Positions 35,735-45,578 of a stretch of 48,431 nt of DNA are shown one piece after another. The number at the start of each line of letters is the position of its first letter. Positions within the stretch are counted from its first letter, which is position 1. This DNA is from Candidatus Woesearchaeota archaeon. GTDB taxonomy: Archaea > Nanobdellota > Nanobdellia > Woesearchaeales > J110. Made by a program: the position numbers and the translations under genes. The stretch covers positions 1 to 48,431 of the forward strand of contig RFJU01000038.1 in the NCBI GenBank assembly GCA_003694805.1, read 5' to 3'. A model generated the notes under the pieces. It saw nothing but the letters and a program-made list of their open reading frames with translations. It ran no database searches and was not told the DNA's origin.

Positions 35735-36958
35735 ATGCTTCGCGACGAAATCATACTAGCAGTCAACAACCTCTTCAAGCGAAAGCTACGCTCTTGGCTC
35801 ACCATCCTCGGCGTAGTCATCGGCATCGCCGCCGTAGTCGCTCTCATCGGACTCGGCGAGGGCTTAACGAGGTTCGTCACCGCACAGTTCGGCATCGTCG
35901 GAGCAGACACCATAACCATACGCGCAGAAGGAGACGCCTTTGCACCGCCTGGAACCGGCGTCGTCAACCCACTCACCGAAAGCCAACTCAAGCGCATCAG
36001 AAACGTCAAAGGCGTCCAAACAGCAATAGGGAGAATCATTGAAACGGCTTCCGTCGAATTCAACGACAAAACAAAGGTAAACCTCATTGTGAGCGTCCCT
36101 TCAGGAGATGAACGCGATGACCTCTACGACATCCTCAACCTAGACGTCACCTCAGGGCGCCTCCTCAAAGACAACGACCAAAACAACGTTCTTATTGGAA
36201 GCGAACTGACCGACAAAGAGCTCTGGAACAAGCCACTCGTCACCGGCCGAACCATCCTCATCAAAGGAAGAGAATTCACCGTCGTTGGCGTCCTCAAGAA
36301 AAAGGGCAGCTTCGTCACAGACACCACGATATGGATGAACGAAGAACCCATGCGAGACCTGTTCGAAGATACAACAAAAAACTATGACGTCATCGCGGCC
36401 AGGGCGTCACCAGGGGAGAACATCGATATTATCGTCGAACGCATCAAAAAAGAGCTCCGCAAAGCAAGAGACGTCAAGGAAGGAGAGGAAGACTTCACCG
36501 TCCAAACTGCCCAAAGCGCGATTGAGTCCCTTCAAGACACCCTCTTCGCCATCCAACTCTTCGTCTACATCATCGCCGCGGTTTCACTTCTCGTCGGCGG
36601 CATTGGCATCAGCAACACGATGTACACCGCCGTTCTCGAGCGCATCACCGAGATAGGGACTATGAAGGCCATAGGAGCACGAAACAAAGACATCTTCACT
36701 ATTTTCGCCATTGAAGCCGGCCTCATCGGCCTCGTCGGCGGCCTCATCGGCATGAGCATCGGCGTCGCTATGAGCCACGGACTCGCATACGCGGGCAGGC
36801 TCGCCCTCGACCTCAACCTCATCCAAGCCCACACCTCCGCGGGACTCATCCTCGGCTCCCTCGCCTTCAGCTTCATCGTAGGACTACTCGCAGGCCTCCT
36901 CCCCGCCTACCAAGCAGCCACCATGCACCCCGTTGAAGCGCTCAACACAGCAAAGTAA
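35735..36958 (+). CDS. ABC transporter permease (MacB/FtsX family)
   Basis: RKLRSWLTILGVVIGIAAVV; VGGIGISNTMYTAVLERITEIGTMKAIGA; PAYQAATMHPVEAL. Confidence 0.95.
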   Translation: MLRDEIILAVNNLFKRKLRSWLTILGVVIGIAAVVALIGLGEGLTRFVTAQFGIVGADTITIRAEGDAFAPPGTGVVNPLTESQLKRIRNVKGVQTAIGRIIETASVEFNDKTKVNLIVSVPSGDERDDLYDILNLDVTSGRLLKDNDQNNVLIGSELTDKELWNKPLVTGRTILIKGREFTVVGVLKKKGSFVTDTTIWMNEEPMRDLFEDTTKNYDVIAARASPGENIDIIVERIKKELRKARDVKEGEEDFTVQTAQSAIESLQDTLFAIQLFVYIIAAVSLLVGGIGISNTMYTAVLERITEIGTMKAIGARNKDIFTIFAIEAGLIGLVGGLIGMSIGVAMSHGLAYAGRLALDLNLIQAHTSAGLILGSLAFSFIVGLLAGLLPAYQAATMHPVEALNTAK

Positions 36959-37064
36959 CCCTAAAAAAAACAAATCCAAAAACAAATCCAAAAAAAAAAC
37001 AAAACAACACAATAACCAAAAAAAAGCAATAACCAAAAAAAAGAAAGAAAAAAAAGAACGCCCA

Positions 37065-38297
37065 ATGAAACCTGTGAAGCCCGACCTCATACGCTACGCT
37101 ATTAACAACCTCCTCCACAGGAAGCTACGCAGCTGGCTCATGACGCTCTCCATCCTCGTCGGCATCACAGCTATCTTCGCCCTCGTCAGCTTCGGCCAAG
37201 GACTAGAATACTACATAGACCACCTCGCCAACGAAATGGGAAAGGACAAAATCAGCATCCAAGCGAAAACCATCGGCCCCCCCGGAAGCGGCGACATCAC
37301 CTTCTCCGAGGACGACCTCTCCTTCATCGAAAGCATTAACGGCGTTCTCAACGCTGCAGGAATGGCCTTTGAAAACGCCCAAGTCACCTACAAGCGAGAA
37401 ACAAAACCCCGCTACGCCTACCTCGTCGGCACCCCTACCGGAGAAGACGGCCGCCTCACCCAAGAGCTCATGACCGTCGACCTCATCCAAGGAAGAACGC
37501 TCAAACGAAACGACCAATTCAAAGCCGTACTCGGCTACTCCTACAGCAAAGAAAAAGCAGTCTTCGATCGAGCCATACAAGTCGGTGACCGCATCACCGT
37601 CAACGGATACGACCTCAAAGTGGTCGGCATCTACGACAAAGTCGGCAACCCGCAAGATGATAAAAACATCTACGTAACGTTTGACACCTATCAAACGCTC
37701 ACCGGCTCAGCAAACACTCCCGAGGCCTACGACTGGATCGTCGTGCAGGCAAGCCCGACGGAAGACCCGAAAGCCCTCGCTGAACGCATCGAGGACAAGT
37801 TCAGACGAAGGAGAGGACTCAAGAAAGGCAACGAAGACTTCACCGTCCAAACCCTCGAAGACCTTATTCAAACCTTCGGCTCCATCATCACCGGCCTCAA
37901 CGGCGTGCTCATCATCATCGCCCTTATCTCCCTCTTCGTCGCAGGAATCAACATTATGAACACCATGTACACGGCCATTCTCGAGCGCACCAATGAAATT
38001 GGCATCATGAAAGCCATCGGCGCACGAAACAACGACATACTCTCAATTTTCATCATTGAAGCAAGCTTCCTCGGCTTCTCCGGAGGCGCCCTTGGTATCA
38101 TCCTCGGCTACGCCATTGCGAAGGCAGGCGAAGCCATAGCAAGCGCGAGCGGGTACTCCTTCCTCAAACCAATCTTCCCCCTCTCGCTCATCATTGGATG
38201 CCTCCTCTTCTCCACCCTTGTCGGAGCAGCCTCCGGGTTTCTTCCAGCAAGGCAGGCTGCAAAGCTCCAAGCCGCTGACGCACTCAGGTATGAATAA
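37065..38297 (+). CDS. ABC transporter permease (MacB/FtsX family), second paralog
   Basis: RKLRSWLMTLSILVGI; IMNTMYTAILERTNEIGIMKAIGA; PARQAAKLQAADALRYE. Confidence 0.95.
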   Translation: MKPVKPDLIRYAINNLLHRKLRSWLMTLSILVGITAIFALVSFGQGLEYYIDHLANEMGKDKISIQAKTIGPPGSGDITFSEDDLSFIESINGVLNAAGMAFENAQVTYKRETKPRYAYLVGTPTGEDGRLTQELMTVDLIQGRTLKRNDQFKAVLGYSYSKEKAVFDRAIQVGDRITVNGYDLKVVGIYDKVGNPQDDKNIYVTFDTYQTLTGSANTPEAYDWIVVQASPTEDPKALAERIEDKFRRRRGLKKGNEDFTVQTLEDLIQTFGSIITGLNGVLIIIALISLFVAGINIMNTMYTAILERTNEIGIMKAIGARNNDILSIFIIEASFLGFSGGALGIILGYAIAKAGEAIASASGYSFLKPIFPLSLIIGCLLFSTLVGAASGFLPARQAAKLQAADALRYE

Positions 38298-38531
38298 ACC
38301 CCCTGCGAAATCAGCGAATCAGCTACTAAACAAAAAAAAAAGAACACAACACAGCCGCATAACAACCAACATCCAACAAACAACAAAACCAACAAAAAAA
38401 AACAAGCAACAAAAAAAACTAAAGAGAGCGAACCTTCCCTACAAAAAAACCCCTCCAAAACACCACCTTTCACCTCTCTCACGTGAACACTCCAGAATCT
38501 TTATAAACTTTCTTTGGCTCTTCCCTCCACC

Positions 38532-39566
38532 ATGCTCCCGCGAAGATTCGCCCATTACAGCCTCGTCCTCTTCACACTCATCATTCTCTTCATCTCCCTG
38601 CTCATCATTAAACCATTCTGGCCCTACCTGTTCTTCGCAGGACTCCTTGCCTTCGCCTTCAACCCCCTCAACAAAAAAATCGGCAAACACATCCGCAACA
38701 GAAACCTGCGCGCAAGCATCATGCTCGCCATCATCCTCATCCTCATCATCGCGCCAACCATCTTCATCGTCTCCAACCTCGTCAACCAAGCAACAAACGC
38801 CTTCATCAACTTCAAAGACGAAAACTTTGAACGCTTCCTCCAAAAACTCCCCTTCATCGACTCGCCAGAAGAACGAAACGACCTTCAAGAATTCCTCATT
38901 GACGCCCTCCTCCAACTCAAACACGGCGTCGCCGACTCCTTCCTCAACACCCTCAGCTCCCTCCCTGACTTCCTCCTCGGCATCTTCATCATGTTCTTCA
39001 CCATGTTCTACTTCTTCAGGGACGGACGAGCACTCTACTATGCAACGGTCAAACACCTCCCCTTCGAAGACGAAGTCAAAAAAAAGCTCGTCGACGAAAC
39101 AAAACTCATCATCCAAGCAGTCATCTACGGCCAACTCTTCACCGCCATCATCCAAGGCCTTGCAGGAACCCTCGTCCTCTTCCTCTTCGGCATCCCCCAA
39201 GCAGCTTTTTGGGGCTTTCTCATGATTATTGCCGCCTTCATCCCCTACATCGGCACCTTCATCATTTGGGGTCCTGCAACGCTCTTCCTCGTCATCAACG
39301 AAGAACCAACGATCAAAATATTTTTCTTCCTCCTCATCAACATCACCTTCGTTTCACAAATTGACAACATCGTCCGTCCTTTCCTCATCGGCAGAAAATC
39401 CCAACTCCACACCAGCCTCGCCCTCATCGGCGTCCTCGGCGGGCTCAAACTCTTCGGCCTGGTTGGCATCGTCATCGGCCCCATCTTCCTCGCGCTCCTC
39501 GTCGTCCTCACAAAAACACTCATCATTGAGAAAAACGGAACAGAATGGACTGCTGACAAAAACTAA
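38532..39566 (+). CDS. AI-2E family transporter (UPF0118)
   Basis: Multi-TM; FYFFRDG, FIPYIGT, IDNIVRP, GGLKLFGLVGIVIGP; TTTATAAA at 38500-38507. Confidence 0.92.
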   Translation: MLPRRFAHYSLVLFTLIILFISLLIIKPFWPYLFFAGLLAFAFNPLNKKIGKHIRNRNLRASIMLAIILILIIAPTIFIVSNLVNQATNAFINFKDENFERFLQKLPFIDSPEERNDLQEFLIDALLQLKHGVADSFLNTLSSLPDFLLGIFIMFFTMFYFFRDGRALYYATVKHLPFEDEVKKKLVDETKLIIQAVIYGQLFTAIIQGLAGTLVLFLFGIPQAAFWGFLMIIAAFIPYIGTFIIWGPATLFLVINEEPTIKIFFFLLINITFVSQIDNIVRPFLIGRKSQLHTSLALIGVLGGLKLFGLVGIVIGPIFLALLVVLTKTLIIEKNGTEWTADKN

Positions 39567-39629
39567 GAAACAAAAGAACCACGCCACGAAACGCCCGTGA
39601 ACAACGACGCCCCCTGCCTTTCTCGCTTC

Positions 39630-41495
39630 CTACCACTCACCCAAAGCATCCAAGAGCTCAATGAGCGTTGCGGCACTCCACGCCTGGGCCAAGCACCCTC
39701 GCGACTCGAGCCTCGCTGCGCTGCTCACCTCAGCACAGTGCCCAGCCCAGCCAGAAAAAAGCAATTCTTCCACACTCGCATCGCGAATCTTGCGAACAAA
39801 ACCGCCAAAACCCGCCGCGTCCAGCCTGTGCAAAAACACCCCTGCCAGATTATTGCAAAAAAACCAACTGTCACCGCGATGATAGCTCCTGTCGTCTTCA
39901 CCAGAATGCTCAGCACAAAAAAGCGGATGATTCTTGGCAATCGACGCCAATCCCCCCCATTCAAGCCAGAGCGAACCGAGCAACCACTTCACGACCTTCC
40001 CCCACTCCCGCTCAGGGAGCAACTCCGGATAGAGATACCCCGCCAAGAACGCGTTGGGCCTTGCCGTCCAATCAACACCGCCTTGCACAACCCTGTCCGC
40101 GAGCCGCCGCCCATCAAAAAAACGCCGACGAACCTCCCCTGCAAGTTCTCGCTCGTACTGCCGATACTCCTTCCCATTCCCCTTCTTCGTCACTTTATAG
40201 AGCAAACGAACACAACGGTACAACACGAGCATGAGCGCCTGGACCTCAATACACGCCCCCAACCGACCATCATCAACCCCTCCGGTCGTGTCCATCCATG
40301 TTTCCTGCGGAGCGCTCCACACCAACCCCTCCTGCAAAGACGAAGACCGCAATCGCTCAATGACCACCTCCAGCCGGTCACGAAGGTATGCCAGTTCAAT
40401 ACGTGAAAAATAGTCCTGCAACAGCCCGTGACTCCACAAGTAACGAACAGCATCCTCCACGCGCTTAAAGAGCCACCCGGCAGCATCAATAGAACCCACC
40501 AACGACGGAGGATGGCGGTTCGGGACCTGCCCTGACGGCAAAATACGCTCAAGATAGCGGAACACCACCTCCTTCACCAGCAAAAACCGCCCTTCAAGAA
40601 GCTTCGCTCGCAAACTCACCGCCTCATCTCTCGCGTAGAACTGAAAAAACCACGGAAGCCCTGCAAAGATACCCTGCACGCCGCCCTTAATGAGAACCGT
40701 CAAGTCATCAAGCGCCTTGAGCGCTACATTTCCAACAACAGACCTGCGAGAAAGCATTTGCTCCCCAGACTGCACAAGATTCTCACGAATCAACTCATAA
40801 CGATCCAACACGTACCGAACCTTCTTCACCGCCTTCTCCCTGCTCTTCGAAAATGCGAAAACGAAACGCTTCCCCCCCTCAACCAAGAGCCCGCCGGCAT
40901 GATACACAAAATCCACTGTGGCCGCGCCTCGCGCCTCATCAAAAGAACGCTCCTTCCTCACCCACCTCCCCGCTCTCTCAAGCGCCACAATCCCGTCAGG
41001 ACTCCCAATCGCCAAAAAACCTTCGTACCCAGAACCGCTCGGCACAGCGCCCCCGCTCTGACCAGACTTCTCGTAGCGCACAACAACCAACCCCTCCTCC
41101 TCGTGCACGTCAAAATGCCTCCCCCAAGGGTCAAAGTCATGAACGTAGCGCATATCAAGCTCAAGCCGCACACTCCCTTGAAAGCCAGCAACCTCGTAGA
41201 GAAGCGCATTACTGCTCAACAAAAACGTTTCAGAAGCCCTCCCCGACCTTCTCACGACCAAGGAAGCCTGCTTTTCAACTTCCACCACTGGCAGGCCGAG
41301 CGAGAGCGACTCAATCACCTTGAACGGCTGCCAGGCTTCAGCATCAAAATGAAAAAAACCTTCGTAATGCGTCACGTTAGCAGGAAGCGAGAACGCAAAA
41401 TAATTCCCCTTCTTATTGGACAAGCACACACCACAAGAAGCAACCTCTTTTTGCAGCACGCCCCCTTTCAAGCGATGCACCAACCTCAAAGCCAT
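39630..41495 (-). CDS. Amylo-alpha-1,6-glucosidase / glycogen debranching enzyme (GDE_C, (alpha/alpha)6 barrel)
   Basis: AGLPWF..YARDEAVS, SIDAAGW, TWMD, RPN, YHRGDSW, QAWSAA; GAGGTG RBS; TTTATAAA at 41573-41580. Confidence 0.88.
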   Translation of the reverse strand: MALRLVHRLKGGVLQKEVASCGVCLSNKKGNYFAFSLPANVTHYEGFFHFDAEAWQPFKVIESLSLGLPVVEVEKQASLVVRRSGRASETFLLSSNALLYEVAGFQGSVRLELDMRYVHDFDPWGRHFDVHEEEGLVVVRYEKSGQSGGAVPSGSGYEGFLAIGSPDGIVALERAGRWVRKERSFDEARGAATVDFVYHAGGLLVEGGKRFVFAFSKSREKAVKKVRYVLDRYELIRENLVQSGEQMLSRRSVVGNVALKALDDLTVLIKGGVQGIFAGLPWFFQFYARDEAVSLRAKLLEGRFLLVKEVVFRYLERILPSGQVPNRHPPSLVGSIDAAGWLFKRVEDAVRYLWSHGLLQDYFSRIELAYLRDRLEVVIERLRSSSLQEGLVWSAPQETWMDTTGGVDDGRLGACIEVQALMLVLYRCVRLLYKVTKKGNGKEYRQYERELAGEVRRRFFDGRRLADRVVQGGVDWTARPNAFLAGYLYPELLPEREWGKVVKWLLGSLWLEWGGLASIAKNHPLFCAEHSGEDDRSYHRGDSWFFCNNLAGVFLHRLDAAGFGGFVRKIRDASVEELLFSGWAGHCAEVSSAARLESRGCLAQAWSAATLIELLDALGEW

Positions 41496-41640
41496 ACCAC
41501 CTCACAATCGTCTTTCAGCGCGTTCAGGCAAACTCGTGGAAACCACACTCCCCGGACCACCAACCCTCCACATTTATAAAGTTTCCTTTGAGCAAACCAC
41601 CACGAAAAAAACAACAAGCACGACCCCCTCGCTCCCGCCT

Positions 41641-42630
41641 TCACTCGTGCCCTCGCAAAAACTTCGCCGCCACTTCAGGCGGGACCGGATTGATAGGAAT
41701 GCTCACTTCATGCTCAAACCCTGCCCACTTCGTCAACCGAGGAAGAATGCGCAAGTGGAAATGAAACAATCCTTGCTCTTCATCGTTGAAGAAGACGATG
41801 TTGTAAGGCGGGTTGCCCAAGGTGTCAATCCTTCGAAGAACTTTCCTCAGTATGTGCGCCAAATCACCCATTTCTTTCTTGGTCAACCTGTCCATGGCAG
41901 GAACGTGGCGCAACGGAAGTATCCACGTTTCAAACGCGAACTTTGAGGCATACGGCGCAATACACACAAAACTCTGATTGATAAACACCAACCGATGACT
42001 GTGCTTTTCCTTCGCAATGACGTCGCAAAACACACAAGACTCGTTCTTGATCCAATACTGATACGAAGCGCCAAACAACCTCGCAACCGACGGCGGAAAC
42101 ACGTTCAAACCAATGAGCTGGGCGTGAGCATGCGAAATCGAAGCTCCTGCTTCCCCTCCCCTATTCTTGAACAAAGCCGTGTAACGAACGTGAGGCATTG
42201 ACTCAATCAAGCGCATTCTTCTCGCGTAAAGCTCCAAGACGGCTTGCAAATGCTCCAAATCCAAATCCTCAAGTTCAACCCCGTGTTCAGGCGTTTCAAT
42301 GACAACCTCGTGCTTCCCATACGCCCCTGCATGCACGGCGAACGGGTCTGAACGCTTCAAGCGCGCATCAACAGCGGTGTCAACAGCGGCGAACTTGTTA
42401 GGAACGACTCTTGCAAGCCAAGGCAAACCACTCTTTGTGTCCTTCTTCGCCGGCAACTCCTCAACAATAGGAGGAAGCATGTGCTCGTTGCCAGGGCAAA
42501 AAGGGCAATGTTCAGCACTCGAAACCTGCTCTGGCTCTTTTTTGAACTGATGAGGCCTCTTTCCTCGACGCTCTGCAATAATAACGTAATCGTCAAGCAC
42601 GTAATCCTTACGCAACTGATTCTCCTTCAT
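41641..42630 (-). CDS. galT: Galactose-1-phosphate uridylyltransferase family (GalT/HIT) protein
   Basis: RGKRP, CPFCPGNE, VVPNKF, GKHEVVIETPEH, FKNRGGEAGASISHAHAQ, CVFC, AGFE. Confidence 0.88.
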   Translation of the reverse strand: MKENQLRKDYVLDDYVIIAERRGKRPHQFKKEPEQVSSAEHCPFCPGNEHMLPPIVEELPAKKDTKSGLPWLARVVPNKFAAVDTAVDARLKRSDPFAVHAGAYGKHEVVIETPEHGVELEDLDLEHLQAVLELYARRMRLIESMPHVRYTALFKNRGGEAGASISHAHAQLIGLNVFPPSVARLFGASYQYWIKNESCVFCDVIAKEKHSHRLVFINQSFVCIAPYASKFAFETWILPLRHVPAMDRLTKKEMGDLAHILRKVLRRIDTLGNPPYNIVFFNDEEQGLFHFHLRILPRLTKWAGFEHEVSIPINPVPPEVAAKFLRGHE

Positions 42631-44411
42631 CCTTGATGCCTCTGCAGAGCAACGTTATGCGCCTGCACATAAAAATTCACGAACTGCCGCCAATCCGCCA
42701 GAGCAGACAGGCTCTTTGCCTTTATCTTCTCATGCACCCGCTCACTCCTGTTGAGCCGCGCAAAACGAAGCAAGATCTCGAACAACTCCTGCACCGCCTC
42801 ATCATAGCTGTGCTTGTAGCGGGGCACGACATAAATTCCCCCCTCCTCCCCATGCACCTTCTTCATAACGAACCTGCCAAATCCCGCCAAGTCTGTCGTG
42901 ACAGAAGGAACGCCACAAGCAGCCGTCTCGAGCGGCGTGTACCCCCACGGCTCGTAACTAGAAGGAAACACGCCCAGATGACACCCGGTAATGGCGTCAT
43001 AATACGGAAGATTGAGCAAAGAATCACTCCCGTCAAGGTAGGCGGGGTACACTACCACTTTCACCCTGTCATCCTGCTTATTATCCAATCCCTTGCTTAG
43101 AAGAGAATTAAGCAAAGGATCATTTTGCTCATTATCAATATGATGTGTTATCATGGGCGGATTGCCCACCCTCCTAAAATGCATCAAGTCCCGCTTGAGC
43201 TCTTGAATGAAGTCCTTCTCCAGCACGAGCTTCCCATCACTCCCTGAGGAAGCAAGATCGTACACGAGCCTTTGCAAAAGCTTCTCCAAGCGACGGGCCA
43301 CGGACTCTTTCAAGTGATTGAAAAAATTCTTGTTCTCTACAATCTCCTGCTTCACCCCTCTCGTCCCCATCGGAACCCAGAAGAAAACAACAATATGACG
43401 ATCACCACCTTCTTCTTGAAGCTTCTTGTTCAACTTCGCAAGCGCGTCAATCAAAACATCAATCCCCTTATTGCGAAACTCATAACGCCCAACAAAGAAA
43501 AACATTAAGGTATGTTCCACGTCAAACGTGTAGTAGGGGAAGAAGTAATACGACAAGAACTCACGAATGATTTCTCTGTTCGTTGCATGACGAATCGAAG
43601 TCTCCTCAAACGTTGGAAACCGTTCCAGCTCAAGCCCGTTGAGCAACAACACCTCAGGCCTCCTCCCCAAGATGCGCTCCGCCTCGAGTGCAGTAATCTC
43701 AGAAACCGTTGAAAAAACGTCGGCCTGCGACGCCATTGCCCGCTCCGCAGAAAACTTATCCTGCACTCCCACCTTTTGCGCCCACTCCTGAGGATTAATG
43801 GAATCAAGCATTGCGTACAGATCATACCCGCTCCCCGCAAGCGCCCTCCCCAACATCGTCGCGTGCGTCGTGAAAACCGAGGCGATACTGGACCGAACCG
43901 AACGCAAATACAACAAGGCAAACCCTGCCAACCACTCGTGGCAATGAACAACCACCTTCTTCCCCACCAACTCCCGCTCAACCGCTTCCAGCAAAACCCC
44001 CACCGCCCACGACCACAACATGGGCTCTTCAAACTCCCAGCGGGAATGAAGCGAATCGATATGAAACTCCTCCCAGAGCTTTGCCTTAATACTGTCCTTC
44101 TGCGACAAAAGAGCTGACGCGTCAATGAGAACCACCTTCGGCTCTCCCTTTATGAGCCAGGAACCAAAATAGCACCGAATCCCTCGCGCCGAGCACTCAG
44201 CAAACGCCTTCTTCAAGAAAGAAGGCGGTTCTGCCTCATCAAGCTCCACTTGAGCGTTCTTCTCAACATAAGGGCCGACCATGAAGTACTCAGCATACCG
44301 CTCCTTCATCAAACCAGCTTTGCTCTTAAGAACGGTGTTAATACCGCCAACTTTATTGCACACTTCCCACGAACACTCAAATACCACATCCGCAATTGGC
44401 TTCTCGTCCAT
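42627..44411 (-). CDS. GT3 family glycogen synthase
   Basis: FECSWEVCNKVGGINTV, HCHEW, FTTHATMLGR, TVSEITALEA, GRYEFRNKGID, PSSYEPWGYTPLE. Confidence 0.92.
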   Translation of the reverse strand: MDEKPIADVVFECSWEVCNKVGGINTVLKSKAGLMKERYAEYFMVGPYVEKNAQVELDEAEPPSFLKKAFAECSARGIRCYFGSWLIKGEPKVVLIDASALLSQKDSIKAKLWEEFHIDSLHSRWEFEEPMLWSWAVGVLLEAVERELVGKKVVVHCHEWLAGFALLYLRSVRSSIASVFTTHATMLGRALAGSGYDLYAMLDSINPQEWAQKVGVQDKFSAERAMASQADVFSTVSEITALEAERILGRRPEVLLLNGLELERFPTFEETSIRHATNREIIREFLSYYFFPYYTFDVEHTLMFFFVGRYEFRNKGIDVLIDALAKLNKKLQEEGGDRHIVVFFWVPMGTRGVKQEIVENKNFFNHLKESVARRLEKLLQRLVYDLASSGSDGKLVLEKDFIQELKRDLMHFRRVGNPPMITHHIDNEQNDPLLNSLLSKGLDNKQDDRVKVVVYPAYLDGSDSLLNLPYYDAITGCHLGVFPSSYEPWGYTPLETAACGVPSVTTDLAGFGRFVMKKVHGEEGGIYVVPRYKHSYDEAVQELFEILLRFARLNRSERVHEKIKAKSLSALADWRQFVNFYVQAHNVALQRHQG

Positions 44412-44477
44412 CCTTACTGGAAACTCCCCCTCTTCATTGCAACACCACCACGTCTTTTCTCCACGTTTCTTCTCGTT

Positions 44478-45128
44478 CTAGGGCGTGCAGCGAACCACCC
44501 CTGTGACATACCACCCAATAACGGCGCCCAAGCCGACGCCGATGAGGAACAACAAGCACAACGCAAGCCACAGCTTCACTTTCTTCTTCGTATCCTTCTT
44601 CGCAGCCGAAGCGTGAGGATCCGCAGCGCCACGCGCTTGGTCATTCCCGCCGTTCCCCTTTGTTTCCTTAAGAGAGGCATCTTGTACAAGATCCTCTTCT
44701 TGCGAAGCGTACGGCACTCGTAAACCTTGATCTCCCTGCTCCTCTACCTGATGCGCACGCTCGGCACTGTCTTGAAACGGTGATTGCAACGACTCCCCTT
44801 CCGGCGAGCCCTCGGGTTCGAACACGACCTCTTCGCCCGCGACCGTTCCTTGATCACCTTCACCCCCCTGGCCACTCCCCGCGTTCCCTCTTGCTTCGCG
44901 AAGGACACTGAGCACTTGCTCCTTGGAGTGTGCCTGCTCGAGCTGGCGGGCAACGTCCTCGTTGCGAAGAACATGGCGAACCCAGTTGGCAAAGTCGTTC
45001 CTTCCTTCATGAACATGATGAACGAAGTCGTGCTCATCGAGCCCTTCAATGATTTGCAAGAGTTCCTCTAGCGACGCTGCAGTCTTGCCGTGTCGAAAAT
45101 AAAATTTTTGATCATCCGGTATCATCAT
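44478..45128 (-). CDS. DUF5752-like domain protein with disordered linker and C-terminal TM
   Basis: GAGGTGA RBS; F-x-F-x-x-G...SLEEL...F-x-HHV...NDFANWV; C-terminal hydrophobic helix. Confidence 0.75.
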   Translation of the reverse strand: MMIPDDQKFYFRHGKTAASLEELLQIIEGLDEHDFVHHVHEGRNDFANWVRHVLRNEDVARQLEQAHSKEQVLSVLREARGNAGSGQGGEGDQGTVAGEEVVFEPEGSPEGESLQSPFQDSAERAHQVEEQGDQGLRVPYASQEEDLVQDASLKETKGNGGNDQARGAADPHASAAKKDTKKKVKLWLALCLLFLIGVGLGAVIGWYVTGVVRCTP

Positions 45129-45221
45129 CCTCACCTCTTTTTCCAATCCGCCGATTCAACGAAAACGTTTCCGCCACGATGTTCTTTCTTTCACCATCAC
45201 CGTTACCATACCTTTGCCACA

Positions 45222-45578
45222 TTACTTTTCTCGGAAGTACTTCTTCGTCACGTGCTTGTAAATCTCGAGGCGCAAGTGGTGCTTATCCCTCGCCCTTGCA
45301 AGCTTCTCTGCAAGCTCAACGTCCTTGAACACGTCGCGAACCCATGTGGCAAAATCGTGCCCGTCATCCCGCACGTGATGCCGAAACACTTCATCTTCAA
45401 GGTGCTCTAGCACTTCAGCCAGTTCCTTCACGTTCTTCACCGGCCTGCCATTCGCTAATATGAAATACTGTTCTTTACGAATTCTCCTGCGCAAATTCGG
45501 CTTTCCTGGACGCCCCCGCCTCCCCTGACCAAGGGAACGCCCGCGGCCAACACGACCTGAACGAGCAGCGGCACTCAT
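45222..45578 (-). CDS. DUF5752-like small protein
   Basis: FILANG...NVKEL...VFRHHV...HDFATWVRDVF; ATGA overlap with the GH57 stop. Confidence 0.8.
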   Translation of the reverse strand: MSAAARSGRVGRGRSLGQGRRGRPGKPNLRRRIRKEQYFILANGRPVKNVKELAEVLEHLEDEVFRHHVRDDGHDFATWVRDVFKDVELAEKLARARDKHHLRLEIYKHVTKKYFREK

